Shown here: piece by piece, positions 9,956 to 22,322 of the stretch
Position numbering within the stretch: the stretch's first letter is position 1
How the letters are laid out: each line of letters begins with the position of its first letter
Origin: an uncultured Chloroflexia bacterium
Lineage (GTDB): Bacteria > Chloroflexota > UBA6077 > JACCZL01
Length of the DNA: 64,000 nucleotides
Reading direction: 5' to 3'
Assembly: GCA_963765765.1 (NCBI GenBank)
Contig: CAVXYC010000020.1
Span: 256,001 to 320,000 of the forward strand
Position numbers and translations under genes: made by a program
The notes under the pieces: generated by a model
Seen by the model: the letters and a program-made list of their open reading frames with translations, nothing else
Told to the model about the DNA's origin: nothing
Databases searched by the model: none

Positions 9956-12188
9956 ACTTGTTGCTACTCCTAACTCGACTTCCGCCGCCTCGGCCGGCGG
10001 CGACGGCCGTCTTCTTCTCTTTTCCCACACCGACGCTTCCATTCTTCTTCGCTGTTCCATTGCCTTTGTCGGATCCACTGCTTTCACTTACAGCCTCGCG
10101 GACCGGCATCGGGTCACAGGTGAGACAGCGCAATCGATCGCGACCAGCTTGAACCTGCAAGCCGCCGCACTTGGGGCACGGCTCTGGCACTGGCCGTTGC
10201 CATGCGCTCCAGTTGCAGGTCGGATAGTTGACGCAACCAAAGAAGGTGCGCCCTTTGCGTGACTTGCGCTCCGCGATGTCGCCACCGCACTGAGGGCAAT
10301 CCACTCCTACCTTGGAGACGATCGGCTTAGCGTTCTTGCAGTCCGGAAAGCCCGTGCAGGCGAGGAATCGACCGAATCGACCCATCTTGATGGCCATCGG
10401 TTTGCCGCACTTCTCGCAAACTTCGTCAGTCATCTCGACTGGAAGTTGCTGACGGGGCACATCAGCCATTGCCTTCGAAATGTGCTCTTCCAGCGGGTCG
10501 TAGAACTCCTGGATAACCGGCACCCAGGCGCGTTCGCCACGGGCGATGTCATCCAGCTTCTCTTCGAGATTCGCGGTGAAGTCGAGATCGACGAACTCCG
10601 CGAAATTCTCGACGAGAAGGTCGTTCACCACGAGCCCAAGTTCCGTCGGCTTGAAACGTCGTTCGATTCGCTCCACGTAGCGTCGATCCTGGATTGTCGA
10701 GAGCGTGGGTGCATAGGTACTCGGTCGTCCGATGCCCTTTTCTTCGAGCGCTTTGACCAGCGTCGCCTCTGAGTAGCGGGCCGGGGGCTGGGTGAAGTGC
10801 TGCTCAGGCATCAACTTCAGTAGATCCAGCGCCTCGCCCTTAGTGATCTCGGGAAGCGGTGGCTTTGCGTCTTCGTCCGACTCGTCGTCATCACGACTCT
10901 CGCGATACACGCTCAGGAAGCCGGGGAAGCGCACCCGGGATCCACTGGCCCGGAAGAGGTTGGTACCTGATCTTCGCCCAGGGCATCCACTTCCAGTGTC
11001 GTCACATCGTAGACGGCCGAAGCCATCTGGCTAGCCACGAATCGCTTCCAGATAAGATCGTAAAGTCGAAACTGGTCCGCGTTGAGAAATCGACGGATAG
11101 CATTTGGCTCGCGTGAAACAGACGTAGGCCGCACAGCTTCGTGGGCCTCTTGGGCCAGACGACTCCGGGTGCGATACACCCGTCGATCCGACGGGACGAA
11201 GTCAGCGCCAAATTTGGACGCGATGTACGATCGCGCCTCATCCTGTGCGGAATCCGCGATGGCGACTGAGTCCGTTCTCATGTACGTGATGAGACCGCTC
11301 GTTTCACCTTCACCAATATCGAGGCCTTCATAGAGTGCCTGCGCCACGGCCATGGTCTTTTTGGCCGTAAAGTTGAGCTTTCGATTCGCCTCTTGTTGGA
11401 GCGTGCTGGTGGTGAACGGCGCGGCGGGGTGTCGCTGCTGATCCCGCGGTCCGGACGTCACGGACAGTGTACTTTGCTCCCTGCAAAGCGTCCACGACGG
11501 CCTGGGAATCAGTAGCTGACCCGAGCGCGACCTTCTTACCAGCGCGCTCGATGAGCGCCGCTACGAAGTGCTCCGCAGGTTGCCCATGCTTGGACAGATC
11601 GGCCTCGATGGACCAGTACTCGACCGGCACGAACGCCTCGATCTCTCGTTCGCGATCCACGACCAATCGCACTGCCACGGACTGCACCCGGCCAGCCGAA
11701 AGGCCACGCCGCACTTTTTTCCACAGAAGCGGGCTCAGCCGATAGCCAACAAGGCGGTCCAGCACGCGGCGAGCCTGCTGAGCGTCCACGCGCATGTTGT
11801 CTACTTCACGGGGGTGCGCCAACGCATCGAGCACCGCACCCTTCGTCACCTCGTGAAACTCCACGCGCTGCATGGGCACACCTGAGTTGACCAGTGTTTG
11901 AGCCAGATGCCAGGCGATTGCCTCACCTTCACGGTCAGGGTCAGTCGCCAGAAAGACGTTATCTGCCTTCTTTGCCTCGGCGCGGAGCTGCTTGACTATG
12001 TCAGCCTTCGCCTTTGGCACCACGTACTGCGGCAAAAAGCCGTCGTCCACCTTCACGCCAAGTGATTTTTCCGGCAGGTCACGCACGTGCCCGAGGCACG
12101 CCTTTACGATATATTCCGGGCCCAAGTACTTGTCGATGGTCCTGGCTTTGGCCGCGGATTCCACTACAACGAGGTTCCGCATTGCCAC
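9936..12188 (-). CDS. topA: DNA topoisomerase I, two frameshifts (~11448, ~10962)
   Basis: VVES..KA, ATDPDREGEAI, SAGRVQS, ITYMRTDS, QEAHEAVRPT, GIGRPSTYA and C-terminal Zn ribbons spread over three consecutive ORFs. Confidence 0.93.
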
Positions 12189-13268
12189 TTAGTTTCCAAT
12201 CCTTACGTAGTATTGCCCGCCCAGTTGGCGAGCCATTCCCTTGAGCTCCATCATCGCCAATGTACCACCGAGTATGGACATGGGCAACCGAGCCACCCGA
12301 CCGATGTCATCGATGTGCATCGGGTCATTAGACAGTAATGCGAGCACAACTGCCTCCTCATCTGTGTCTGCTTCTGGAGGCGCGGGCGCCAACTCCGCCC
12401 CGGTCAATGCAAGATCCTCAAGTATGTCATCGGCGCTTGTTACAGGCTTCGCGCCGTCCTTAATCAGGGTGTTCGTACCGCGACTCACTGGGCTAAAGAT
12501 GCTGCCAGGCACGGCGTACACGTCACGCCCCTGCTCGAGAGCAAAGTCCACGGTGATCAGCGCGCCGCTCTCTTTATCGGCCTCGATAACCAGCGTCCCA
12601 CTGGCGAGCCCAGCGACAATGCGGTTTCGGCGTGGGAAATTTGGCGCGTCAGGCGGCTCGCCCAGCGGGAACTCCGAGACGAGCGCACCTGATCCTACCA
12701 CACGCTGTGCCAGCCCCTTGTGCTCTGCCGGGTAGATCCGGTCTACGCCGCTGCCCAGAATCGCGAGTGTGCGACCACCCACGGCCAACGCAGAGGTGTG
12801 CGCAACCGCATCAATGCCACGCGCTAAGCCACTCACGATGGTGACACCAGCCCGTGCTAATTCCCCTACTATCTTGTCTGCCGCCTGACGACCATACGCA
12901 GTTGCACGGCGCGTGCCTACGACAGCGATAACTGGCTCGTCGGCACGGGGTAGCTGACCTTTTACGAAGAGAACCGCTGGAGCGTCAGGGACATCTTTCA
13001 AACGGGCAGGGTATGCGGGATCAATCACTCTGACCACTTCAACGCCGGCCGCGCGAATTCGATTCCCAAGCTCGGCAGGGTCTAACCGCTTCCGTTGTTC
13101 GATCAAGGCGCTACGTGCCCGGCGCTCCAGGCCCGCGTCTACGAGCGCTCGTGTATCCGCATACCAGGCGGATCGAGCGTCTCCGAACATTTCTATGAGC
13201 CGCTTAAGACGAGCGGGACCGATCCCCTTCACCTCGGTCAGCAGCGCCCAGAAGATGCGCTCGTCCAC
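12189..13268 (-). CDS. dprA: DNA-processing protein DprA
   Basis: AVVGTR, VSGLARGID, FPRRNRIVAG, SGALIT, C-terminal wH (MELKG); canonical dprA-topA order. Confidence 0.95.
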   Translation of the reverse strand: MDERIFWALLTEVKGIGPARLKRLIEMFGDARSAWYADTRALVDAGLERRARSALIEQRKRLDPAELGNRIRAAGVEVVRVIDPAYPARLKDVPDAPAVLFVKGQLPRADEPVIAVVGTRRATAYGRQAADKIVGELARAGVTIVSGLARGIDAVAHTSALAVGGRTLAILGSGVDRIYPAEHKGLAQRVVGSGALVSEFPLGEPPDAPNFPRRNRIVAGLASGTLVIEADKESGALITVDFALEQGRDVYAVPGSIFSPVSRGTNTLIKDGAKPVTSADDILEDLALTGAELAPAPPEADTDEEAVVLALLSNDPMHIDDIGRVARLPMSILGGTLAMMELKGMARQLGGQYYVRIGN

Positions 13269-13331
13269 GAAGCTCGACTGTACGAGGCCTGGAATCAACT
13301 AGAGCCAGCTTTTTGAGCTCGTGTAAAAAGT

Positions 13332-13346
13332 TGGCATGCCCCGTGC
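13332..13346 (+). promoter_or_regulatory. Sigma54-type -24/-12 promoter candidate
   Basis: TGGCATGCCCCGTGC = GG-N10-GC, close to TGGCACG-N4-TTGC, about 50 nt upstream of a small ORF with strong RBS. Confidence 0.45.
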
Positions 13347-13394
13347 GCTGGTGCAATGCCCAGAGCAATTGGCTCGTGTGCGGAGGTAAAGACC

Positions 13395-13469
13395 ATGTAC
13401 AGCATCCTGTATATCATCGGCGCAATCGTCGTGATTTACGTCGTGCTACGCGTCCTCGGGATCGCGTAG
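13395..13469 (+). CDS. 24-aa single-TM small protein MYSILYIIGAIVVIYVVLRVLGIA
   Basis: GGAGG RBS 8 nt before ATG, almost entirely hydrophobic peptide, lies in the dprA-tpiA intergenic gap. Confidence 0.7.
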   Translation: MYSILYIIGAIVVIYVVLRVLGIA

Positions 13470-13561
13470 GCTCGACGACGGCATATCCTAGTCGATTCGG
13501 CTGAGCTGCATCCGAATGGAAATGGCTCCGCTCTGGCGGGGATTCGCGTCTGCGACGATAT

Positions 13562-13602
13562 CAGCATTTGAGCCGCACCCATGCGGTGCGGCTCAAATGC
13601 TG
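13562..13602. terminator. 18-bp perfect hairpin between tpiA and the convergent small ORF
   Basis: CAGCATTTGAGCCGCACC-catgc-GGTGCGGCTCAAATGCTG directly after the tpiA stop. Confidence 0.6.
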
Positions 13603-14364
13603 TCAATCGGCAGCGAGTCGAACGATGGTGCCAAACGCCGCTGGTACCAGGCTGGCGCCGCCGACGAGGGCGCCATCAATTTCGGACTGCTCGATGATGC
13701 TCGCAAAGTTGTCAGCCGTGACGCTTCCACCGTATTGGATGCGGATCTGAGCGGCTGAGTCCGCCCCGAGAATCGACTCAACTGTAGTCCGGATGAACCC
13801 GATCACGTCGTTCGCTTGCTCCGGCGTAGCTGCACGCCCGGTTCCAATAGCCCACACAGGCTCATAGGCAACGATGAGCGCATCGATCCTGTCTGCCTGC
13901 AGGCCCTGCAGCGCCCCCCGAAGCTGACCGCCCACGACCGTCTCGGTGCGACCAGACTCGTTTTCCTCCAGTCGCTCACCCACACATAAAATGGGCAGAA
14001 GCCCGGCTTCAAACACGGCCGAGACCTTTTTTGCAATGATCTCATTCGTCTCATTGAAATACTGCCGCCGCTCTGAGTGGCCTACAATGACGTACTCCGC
14101 GATCCCCTTCAGCATTGGGGCCGAAATCTCACCGGTGTACGCGCCTTTCGGCTCGAAATAGCAGTTTTGCGCGCCTACTCGGATGCCCGTTCCAAGAAGA
14201 TATTCCGCTACCGTACTCAGAGAAATGAAAGGCGGGCATATCACCCGGTCAACCGTGGGAACTTGCACGAGATCGGGGATCATCGATTGCACGAGCTGTC
14301 CCGCCTCGGAGACGCTCGTGTTCATCTTCCAGTTTCCTGCAATGATTGGCGTTCGCTCGCTCAC
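13603..14364 (-). CDS. tpiA: Triosephosphate isomerase
   Basis: AGNWKMN, GHSERR, AYEPVWAIGTG, YGGSV, LVGGASL. Confidence 0.98.
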   Translation of the reverse strand: MSERTPIIAGNWKMNTSVSEAGQLVQSMIPDLVQVPTVDRVICPPFISLSTVAEYLLGTGIRVGAQNCYFEPKGAYTGEISAPMLKGIAEYVIVGHSERRQYFNETNEIIAKKVSAVFEAGLLPILCVGERLEENESGRTETVVGGQLRGALQGLQADRIDALIVAYEPVWAIGTGRAATPEQANDVIGFIRTTVESILGADSAAQIRIQYGGSVTADNFASIIEQSEIDGALVGGASLVPAAFGTIVRLAAD

Positions 14365-15533
14365 TGAAGCGCCGCCACACCGGGCAATGTGCGCCCCTCG
14401 ATGAACTCGAGCGCCGCACCGCCGCCGGTCGATACGTGGGTCATCTTCTCCGCGAGTCCAAGCTCTTCTACGGCCTGCACCGATTCGCCTCCGCCAACAA
14501 CAGTTACGGCACCAGAATCGGCGATGAGCTGAGCGATGCGCTTGGTGCCTTCGGCAAACTGGGCAATCTCAAAGACGCCCATCGGTCCATTCCAGAAAAT
14601 CGTTCGAGCTCCTGAAATGATCCTTCCGTAGCGCCCCACGGAGTCCGGTCCGATGTCCGCGACAATCCCGTCCGCGGGAATGGCATTGGCGGGCACCACT
14701 TCCCGATCGCCTTCAGGAGACAGGTTCCTCGTTACGACCACATCGGTTGGAATCTCAATCGTCACTCCCCGCTCGGCAGCTCGCTTGAAGAGTGCTTGGG
14801 CATTGGGAATCTGATCGACTTCCAACAGCGATTTCCCAACTTCGTATCGCTGCGCCTTCAGGAACGTGTTTGCCATTCCGCCGCCAATGAGCAGGCCATT
14901 CACCCGGTCCACGAGACTCTCCAGCACAGCGAGCTTGGTGGAGACTTTGGCGCCGCCGATGGCGGCGATGAATGGTGACTCGGCTCCATGCAGCAACGAG
15001 TCGAGGACTGTGACCTCGCGCTCCAGCAGCAATCCTGCTGCCGATGGCAGCAGGTGCGCCAGACCCTCAGTAGAAGCGTGCGCTCGGTGTGCCGTCCCGA
15101 ATGCGTCATTCACGTAGACCTGCCCGTTTGCCGCGAGCTGCTGCGCGAATGCCGTGTCGTTCTTCTCTTCAGCGCCGTGAAATCGAACATTCTCCAATAC
15201 GGCGACATCGCCAGGCTGGAGTTCTTGAACCACGGCCGCGGCCGCGGGGCCGATGCAGTCGGAGGCAAAGCGCACAGGCAAACCGATAAGCTTTGACAGG
15301 TCATCGGCAACGGGCTTGAGCGACAACGCCGGTTTGACCTCACCATCAGGCCGACCAAGGTGCGAGATCAGCACCACGCGGGCATTCCGTTCACGCAGCC
15401 AGGCAACTGTCGGGAGAGTCGCACGAATTCGGGTGGCGTCTGCCACCCGACCTTCTTTGTCCATGGGCACGTTGTAGTCGACCCGGACGAGGACGGTTTT
15501 GCCGTCCACGTCCAGATCCTTGAGCGTTCGCAT
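14361..15533 (-). CDS. pgk: Phosphoglycerate kinase
   Basis: RVDYNVP, SHLGRP, NDAFGTAHRAHAS, WNGPMGVFE, STGGGA. Confidence 0.98.
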   Translation of the reverse strand: MRTLKDLDVDGKTVLVRVDYNVPMDKEGRVADATRIRATLPTVAWLRERNARVVLISHLGRPDGEVKPALSLKPVADDLSKLIGLPVRFASDCIGPAAAAVVQELQPGDVAVLENVRFHGAEEKNDTAFAQQLAANGQVYVNDAFGTAHRAHASTEGLAHLLPSAAGLLLEREVTVLDSLLHGAESPFIAAIGGAKVSTKLAVLESLVDRVNGLLIGGGMANTFLKAQRYEVGKSLLEVDQIPNAQALFKRAAERGVTIEIPTDVVVTRNLSPEGDREVVPANAIPADGIVADIGPDSVGRYGRIISGARTIFWNGPMGVFEIAQFAEGTKRIAQLIADSGAVTVVGGGESVQAVEELGLAEKMTHVSTGGGAALEFIEGRTLPGVAALQ

Positions 15534-15544
15534 GATGAGCGCGC

Positions 15545-17926
<2,382 letters not shown>

Positions 17927-18045
17927 TCAGGACCCTCCCCGGGAATATCTGAATCAAGAATAGCACAGGGTACTTTGAGCTGCGGCGAGCTTGGCGAGTT
18001 CGATGTCGGCCGGGAAGGGAAGCTAGGAAGATGGAGCGCTAAGTG

Positions 18046-19437
18046 TTACGCCAGTCCCGCCGACGGGGCCGGGGCCCCTTCAGTCTGGGGGCTACCGACG
18101 GGCGCGGGTCGCACATGGAGAAGCAAACCCTCAATCCCGGTTACCTCCACTTCAGTGCCTGTATCAATGACGCCATTATCAGACACTGCCGACCAGAGCT
18201 CACTCTGGACAAAGACCATTCCACGTGGATTAAGCGTAGTGCGTACGGTCCCGCGAGCACCCAACATGCCCTCACGGCCTGTGACCACTTTCCGCCTTCG
18301 AGTCTTGGCCGCGGCCCCGATAACGAAGATCGAGAACGCGGCCATGCATGTCACCACAGCGCCGATGGCCTGAAACGAAATCTGCAAGTACGGCGCGCTG
18401 GAGGGCGCGTTGATGAGCAGCATGGAGCCCAACACAAACGAGATCAAACCGCCGGCCGTCAACACACCATGGGTCGGAGTAATCACGTCCGCTGCCAACA
18501 GGAGCATCGCCAGGCCCATGAAAAGCAGGCCCGCATAGTTAATGGGCAAACTGCCAAGCGCAAAAAGCCCGAGCAGCAAACAAATGCCGCCGATGACGCC
18601 AGGAAGCATCGACCCAGGATTACTGAGCTCGAAAAATAGGCCCATCGTTCCAAGACTGATGAGCAAGTAGGCGATTGTCGGATCCGTAATGACGTGGAGA
18701 AACGACTCGATGACGTTCATCTCAAGCCGTTGCGTCGGCGCGTCGGCTGTCTTGAGCGTCACGTTGCCGCCAGCCGTCTCGACCGTCCTTCCGTCGATCT
18801 GCTGAAGTAGCGATCGCTCGTCAGACGCGATGAGCTCAACAACACCCAGACGCACAGCTTCTTCCGCGTGGACGTTTACACCCTGTCGCACCGCCTGCTC
18901 TGCCCAATCGGCGTTTCGATGGCGCTGCTCGCCGAGCGATCGAATGTACGCGGCAGCGTCGTTGGAGACCTTCGCGCGCATCTCGTCGGACATCTGCTGC
19001 TCGCCGTTCTCGCCCATGGATACCGGCGTGGCGGACCCGATATTTGTTCCCGGCGCCATTGCGGCGATGTGCGCGGCATACGTGATGTAGACGCCCGCGG
19101 ATGCAGCTCGCGCACCCGACGGTGCGACATAGACTGCCACTGGGACGCGCGATGAAAGAATACGGCGAATGATCTGGCGCATCGATGTATCGAGCCCGCC
19201 AGGGGTGTCCATTTCAATGAGGACTAACGCCGCCCCGGTCTCTTCACCCTGGGTGATGGCGCGATCAACGTATCCCGCGAGGACAGGATTCACGACGCCG
19301 GTGAAGGGCACCACAATGACCGACGGCTGCTGAACCTGCGCGCTTGCGCCAAGCGCTAGACCACTCAACCCAAGTAGAAGAGCGACGGCCGCGACGCTCA
19401 CGCGAACCAAGCTGACCAACGGCAGCAGGCGGTACAT
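18046..19437 (-). CDS. nfeD: NfeD family membrane-bound serine protease (long form)
   Basis: Signal peptide, DTPGG, ARAASAG, AAMAPGTNIGSATP, TM region, C-terminal OB fold (G.V.V.SELWSA). Confidence 0.92.
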   Translation of the reverse strand: MYRLLPLVSLVRVSVAAVALLLGLSGLALGASAQVQQPSVIVVPFTGVVNPVLAGYVDRAITQGEETGAALVLIEMDTPGGLDTSMRQIIRRILSSRVPVAVYVAPSGARAASAGVYITYAAHIAAMAPGTNIGSATPVSMGENGEQQMSDEMRAKVSNDAAAYIRSLGEQRHRNADWAEQAVRQGVNVHAEEAVRLGVVELIASDERSLLQQIDGRTVETAGGNVTLKTADAPTQRLEMNVIESFLHVITDPTIAYLLISLGTMGLFFELSNPGSMLPGVIGGICLLLGLFALGSLPINYAGLLFMGLAMLLLAADVITPTHGVLTAGGLISFVLGSMLLINAPSSAPYLQISFQAIGAVVTCMAAFSIFVIGAAAKTRRRKVVTGREGMLGARGTVRTTLNPRGMVFVQSELWSAVSDNGVIDTGTEVEVTGIEGLLLHVRPAPVGSPQTEGAPAPSAGLA

Positions 19438-19512
19438 GCCTCGATTGTACTGCGTGAGTGCTGAATTGCCTGGTAATTGAGCGATCGATACGAAGTATGA
19501 GGTGCAGGTTCT

Positions 19513-19614
19513 TTTGGACTGCGGCGGTTCTCGCCGCTTCCTCGCGAGGCTTGAAGCCGTCCTCGGCGTCACTGCGCTCGGTAAGAAAGCGGTGAAGACC
19601 GCCCGCAATCCAAA
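19513..19614. repeat. ~100-bp REP doublet / REPIN-like element, copy 1 (family TTTGGA...TCCAAA)
   Basis: Terminal inverted repeats TTTGGACTGCGGCGGTTCTCGCCGCTT and AAAGCGGTGAAGACCGCCCGCAATCCAAA; homologous to 44309..44415. Confidence 0.75.
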
Positions 19615-19627
19615 GCTTGAGCTTGCC

Positions 19628-20917
19628 CTAAATCCTCTCCAGCTGATCCGCGATCGCTCTCACTTGCGGCCGCAGAGCGCGGAGCTTGGCCTCGTCGCCG
19701 ATGTTCTCGGCCACGTCCGAGACGATTTTCGCCACCGCACGCATTTGGGCCTCGGTAGCGCCACGCGCCGTGAGGGACGGTGTGCCGAACCGCACGCCGC
19801 TGGTCTGCCACGGAGATCGCGTCTCGCCGGGCACGGTCGATTTACTCACGATGATCCCAACGGACTCGAGCGCCTTCGCAAACGTTGCTCCCGTGAAGTC
19901 GCGATCGAACAGCTTGATCACCAGGAGATGGTTGTCTGTCCCGCCCGAAAGGAGGGTAAAACCGTGCTTGACCAGCGCATTGGCCAGCTCCTTCGAGTTT
20001 TTCACGATGGCCTTGGAGTAGGTCTTGAACTCAGGCGTTCCGGCCTCGTGGAAGCAGACCGCCTTCGCGGCGATAGCAGACATCGTGGGCCCGCCCTGGA
20101 TGCCCGGGAAGAGAGCTCGATCGATGCCCTTAGCCAGGCCTTCGCGACACAGCACCAGGCCTCCGCGCGGACCACGGAGCGTTTTGTGAGTCGTCGTCGT
20201 CACAATATCGGCATACGGAAACGGGCTCGGATGAACGCCCGCCGCTACAAGGCCGGCGATATGAGCGATATCCGCCATGAACATCGCTCCCACGCTATCT
20301 GCGATCTCCCTAAACTTTGGGAAGTCGATTGTGCGGGGATATGCAGAAGCACCGGCGACAATGAGCTTGGGCTTGTGCTCTTTTGCCAGCCTGGCAAGCT
20401 CGTCGTAGTCGATGTACTCAGTGTCAGGATGAACCTTGTACGAAGCGATCTTGAACTGTTGGCCTGAAAAGCTGACGGGACTTCCGTGGGTGAGATGGCC
20501 GCCGTGGCTCAGATCCATTCCAAGAATGGTGTCACCGAGCTCCAGGGCACCGTAATAGGAAGCCATGTTGGCGCCCGACCCGGAATGTGGCTGGACATTA
20601 GCGTGCTCGGCGCCGAACAGACTCTTCGCACGATCGATCGCAAGCTGCTCGATCTCATCAACAATACCGACACCCTGGTAGTAGCGCCCACCGGGATAGC
20701 CTTCGGCGTACTTAACGTTGAGATGACTGGACAGCGCTTGAAGAACTGCCGGCGACGCATAGTTCTCGCTTGCGATAAAGTTGAGCGTACGATTGTGTCG
20801 CTGACGATCGCGATCGAGCAGTTGAGCGATTTCCGGGTCGCTCTGCTTCAGGGTTGCGGTTGGTCGAAGTTGACCGGACGCGGCGCCTGTCCGCGGTCGC
20901 TCGATTGTGGTGGCCAT
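19628..20917 (-). CDS. glyA: Serine hydroxymethyltransferase
   Basis: IASEN, KYAEGYPGGRYY, GGHLTHG, TTTTHKTLRGPRGG, SGVRFGT. Confidence 0.96.
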   Translation of the reverse strand: MATTIERPRTGAASGQLRPTATLKQSDPEIAQLLDRDRQRHNRTLNFIASENYASPAVLQALSSHLNVKYAEGYPGGRYYQGVGIVDEIEQLAIDRAKSLFGAEHANVQPHSGSGANMASYYGALELGDTILGMDLSHGGHLTHGSPVSFSGQQFKIASYKVHPDTEYIDYDELARLAKEHKPKLIVAGASAYPRTIDFPKFREIADSVGAMFMADIAHIAGLVAAGVHPSPFPYADIVTTTTHKTLRGPRGGLVLCREGLAKGIDRALFPGIQGGPTMSAIAAKAVCFHEAGTPEFKTYSKAIVKNSKELANALVKHGFTLLSGGTDNHLLVIKLFDRDFTGATFAKALESVGIIVSKSTVPGETRSPWQTSGVRFGTPSLTARGATEAQMRAVAKIVSDVAENIGDEAKLRALRPQVRAIADQLERI

Positions 20918-21046
20918 GCTCTCTCCCTATGCGTTGATTCTAGGCGCTGAATTTCGGTGAATCAATCCGCCGACAAAAGCCGGCACCGTTGATGCCAGCG
21001 GCTCGCCGTTTACCGACAATTGTCACATCTTTCATCGGAGAATCCC

Positions 21047-21427
21047 ATGACGGCAGGTCCCGTTATCGCCCTGGTTGATGATCTCATGACGGTCTCGCGG
21101 CTGGAATCCGCCGCCAGCGCCGCCGGATCGGCGATCAACTTTCCAGCAAACGAGCCTGAGCTAAGAAATGCCATCGAGGCAGCCGAAGGTAAGTCCGCCA
21201 TTCTGCTCGTTGGTCTGGCCGCGACAAGCCTGCCGTGGGAGACGCTGGTACCCTTCTGTCACTCCGTGGCCGGTGCAGAGGGCGTGGACCTACGGGTCAT
21301 AGCATTCGGACCGCACATGGACTTGAAGTTGCGTGAGCTGGCTAAAGACGCTGGCATCGAGGAGATCTGGGCGAATTCAAGACTGATGACTGACCTTCCC
21401 AAGCTGCTCACATCATCCGCCACGTAG
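21047..21427 (+). CDS. Hypothetical protein, degenerate receiver-like (CheY fold) domain
   Basis: VIALVDDL...ILLVGL...VIAFGPH...A..AG pattern resembling REC secondary structure; no Asp at the expected phospho-site. Confidence 0.6.
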   Translation: MTAGPVIALVDDLMTVSRLESAASAAGSAINFPANEPELRNAIEAAEGKSAILLVGLAATSLPWETLVPFCHSVAGAEGVDLRVIAFGPHMDLKLRELAKDAGIEEIWANSRLMTDLPKLLTSSAT

Positions 21428-21456
21428 CGGCGCATCGGCGCAGGGAGACGACGTCC

Positions 21457-22254
21457 TCACGTCGGCAGCGTATACCCGCCGTCCACAATGAGGGTTTGTC
21501 CTCGAATCATCCAGGCGGCCGGTGTGCAGAAAAAGGCGACAACTCTTGCCAGATCTTCGGGGGCAAGCATTCTTCCAGCCGGTGTCCGCGATCGAGCCGA
21601 CTCCAACATCGCCTCCCGGCCCGCAAAGAAATCCAGCGCGTCAGTCTCTACCAAACCGCCGGCGACTCCATTGACAACGATGTTCATCGGTGCGAGCTCT
21701 ACGGCTAGGTACCGCGTGAGCGCTTCCAGCGCCGCTTTGGACATTCCAACCGCTGAATAATCCGGCAGTACCCGATCCGAGCCGAGACTCGAGATGTTCA
21801 CGATTGCGCCACCTCGTTCCATGAGATCAGCCGCGTGCCGGGCGCAAAGCCAGGCGCCGCGAGCGTTGATGTTCATTGTCCAGTCCCAGTGACGTGGCTC
21901 CAGCTCCAGGGTGGGCCGAATCACACCGGAGGCCGCGTTATTTACCAATATGTCAAGCCGTCCCCAGGAAGACTGAATCTCATCGAACATTCGCTGAATG
22001 CGATCAGGATCACCAACATGCCCGCGGATTGCTCGAGCTCGAACGCCCATGGCGGTGGCCAAATCAGCCGTCTGCTGAGCCGTGGACTCATTTCGAAAGT
22101 AGTTCACCAGCACGTCCGCGCCACGTCGCGCGAGCTCCAGAACGACCGCCCGGCCAATACCCCGCCCTCCTCCAGTGACGAGGGCGAAGCGGCCCTGGAG
22201 ATCGCGCACGCTCGAGTCACTCGGTTGAAATTGAGTTTCGCTCATGGGAACCAT
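21457..22254 (-). CDS. fabL: Enoyl-ACP reductase FabL-type SDR
   Basis: TGGGRGIG, NNAASGV.RP, Y...G.SKAALEALTRYLAVELAP, GQTLIVDGG as in Bacillus FabL. Confidence 0.82.
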   Translation of the reverse strand: MVPMSETQFQPSDSSVRDLQGRFALVTGGGRGIGRAVVLELARRGADVLVNYFRNESTAQQTADLATAMGVRARAIRGHVGDPDRIQRMFDEIQSSWGRLDILVNNAASGVIRPTLELEPRHWDWTMNINARGAWLCARHAADLMERGGAIVNISSLGSDRVLPDYSAVGMSKAALEALTRYLAVELAPMNIVVNGVAGGLVETDALDFFAGREAMLESARSRTPAGRMLAPEDLARVVAFFCTPAAWMIRGQTLIVDGGYTLPT

Positions 22255-22322
22255 GCTCTCGCAATCGTCCTGCCGCTAGAATCGCTTCAAGCTGCCCGCT
22301 CAAAATGATTTGACGCAGCGTC

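Noticed and set aside
20918-21046. ZTP or glycine riboswitch upstream of glyA; purine riboswitch upstream of purE (4520-4630)
   Set aside because: No consensus aptamer motifs visible; only short generic stems.
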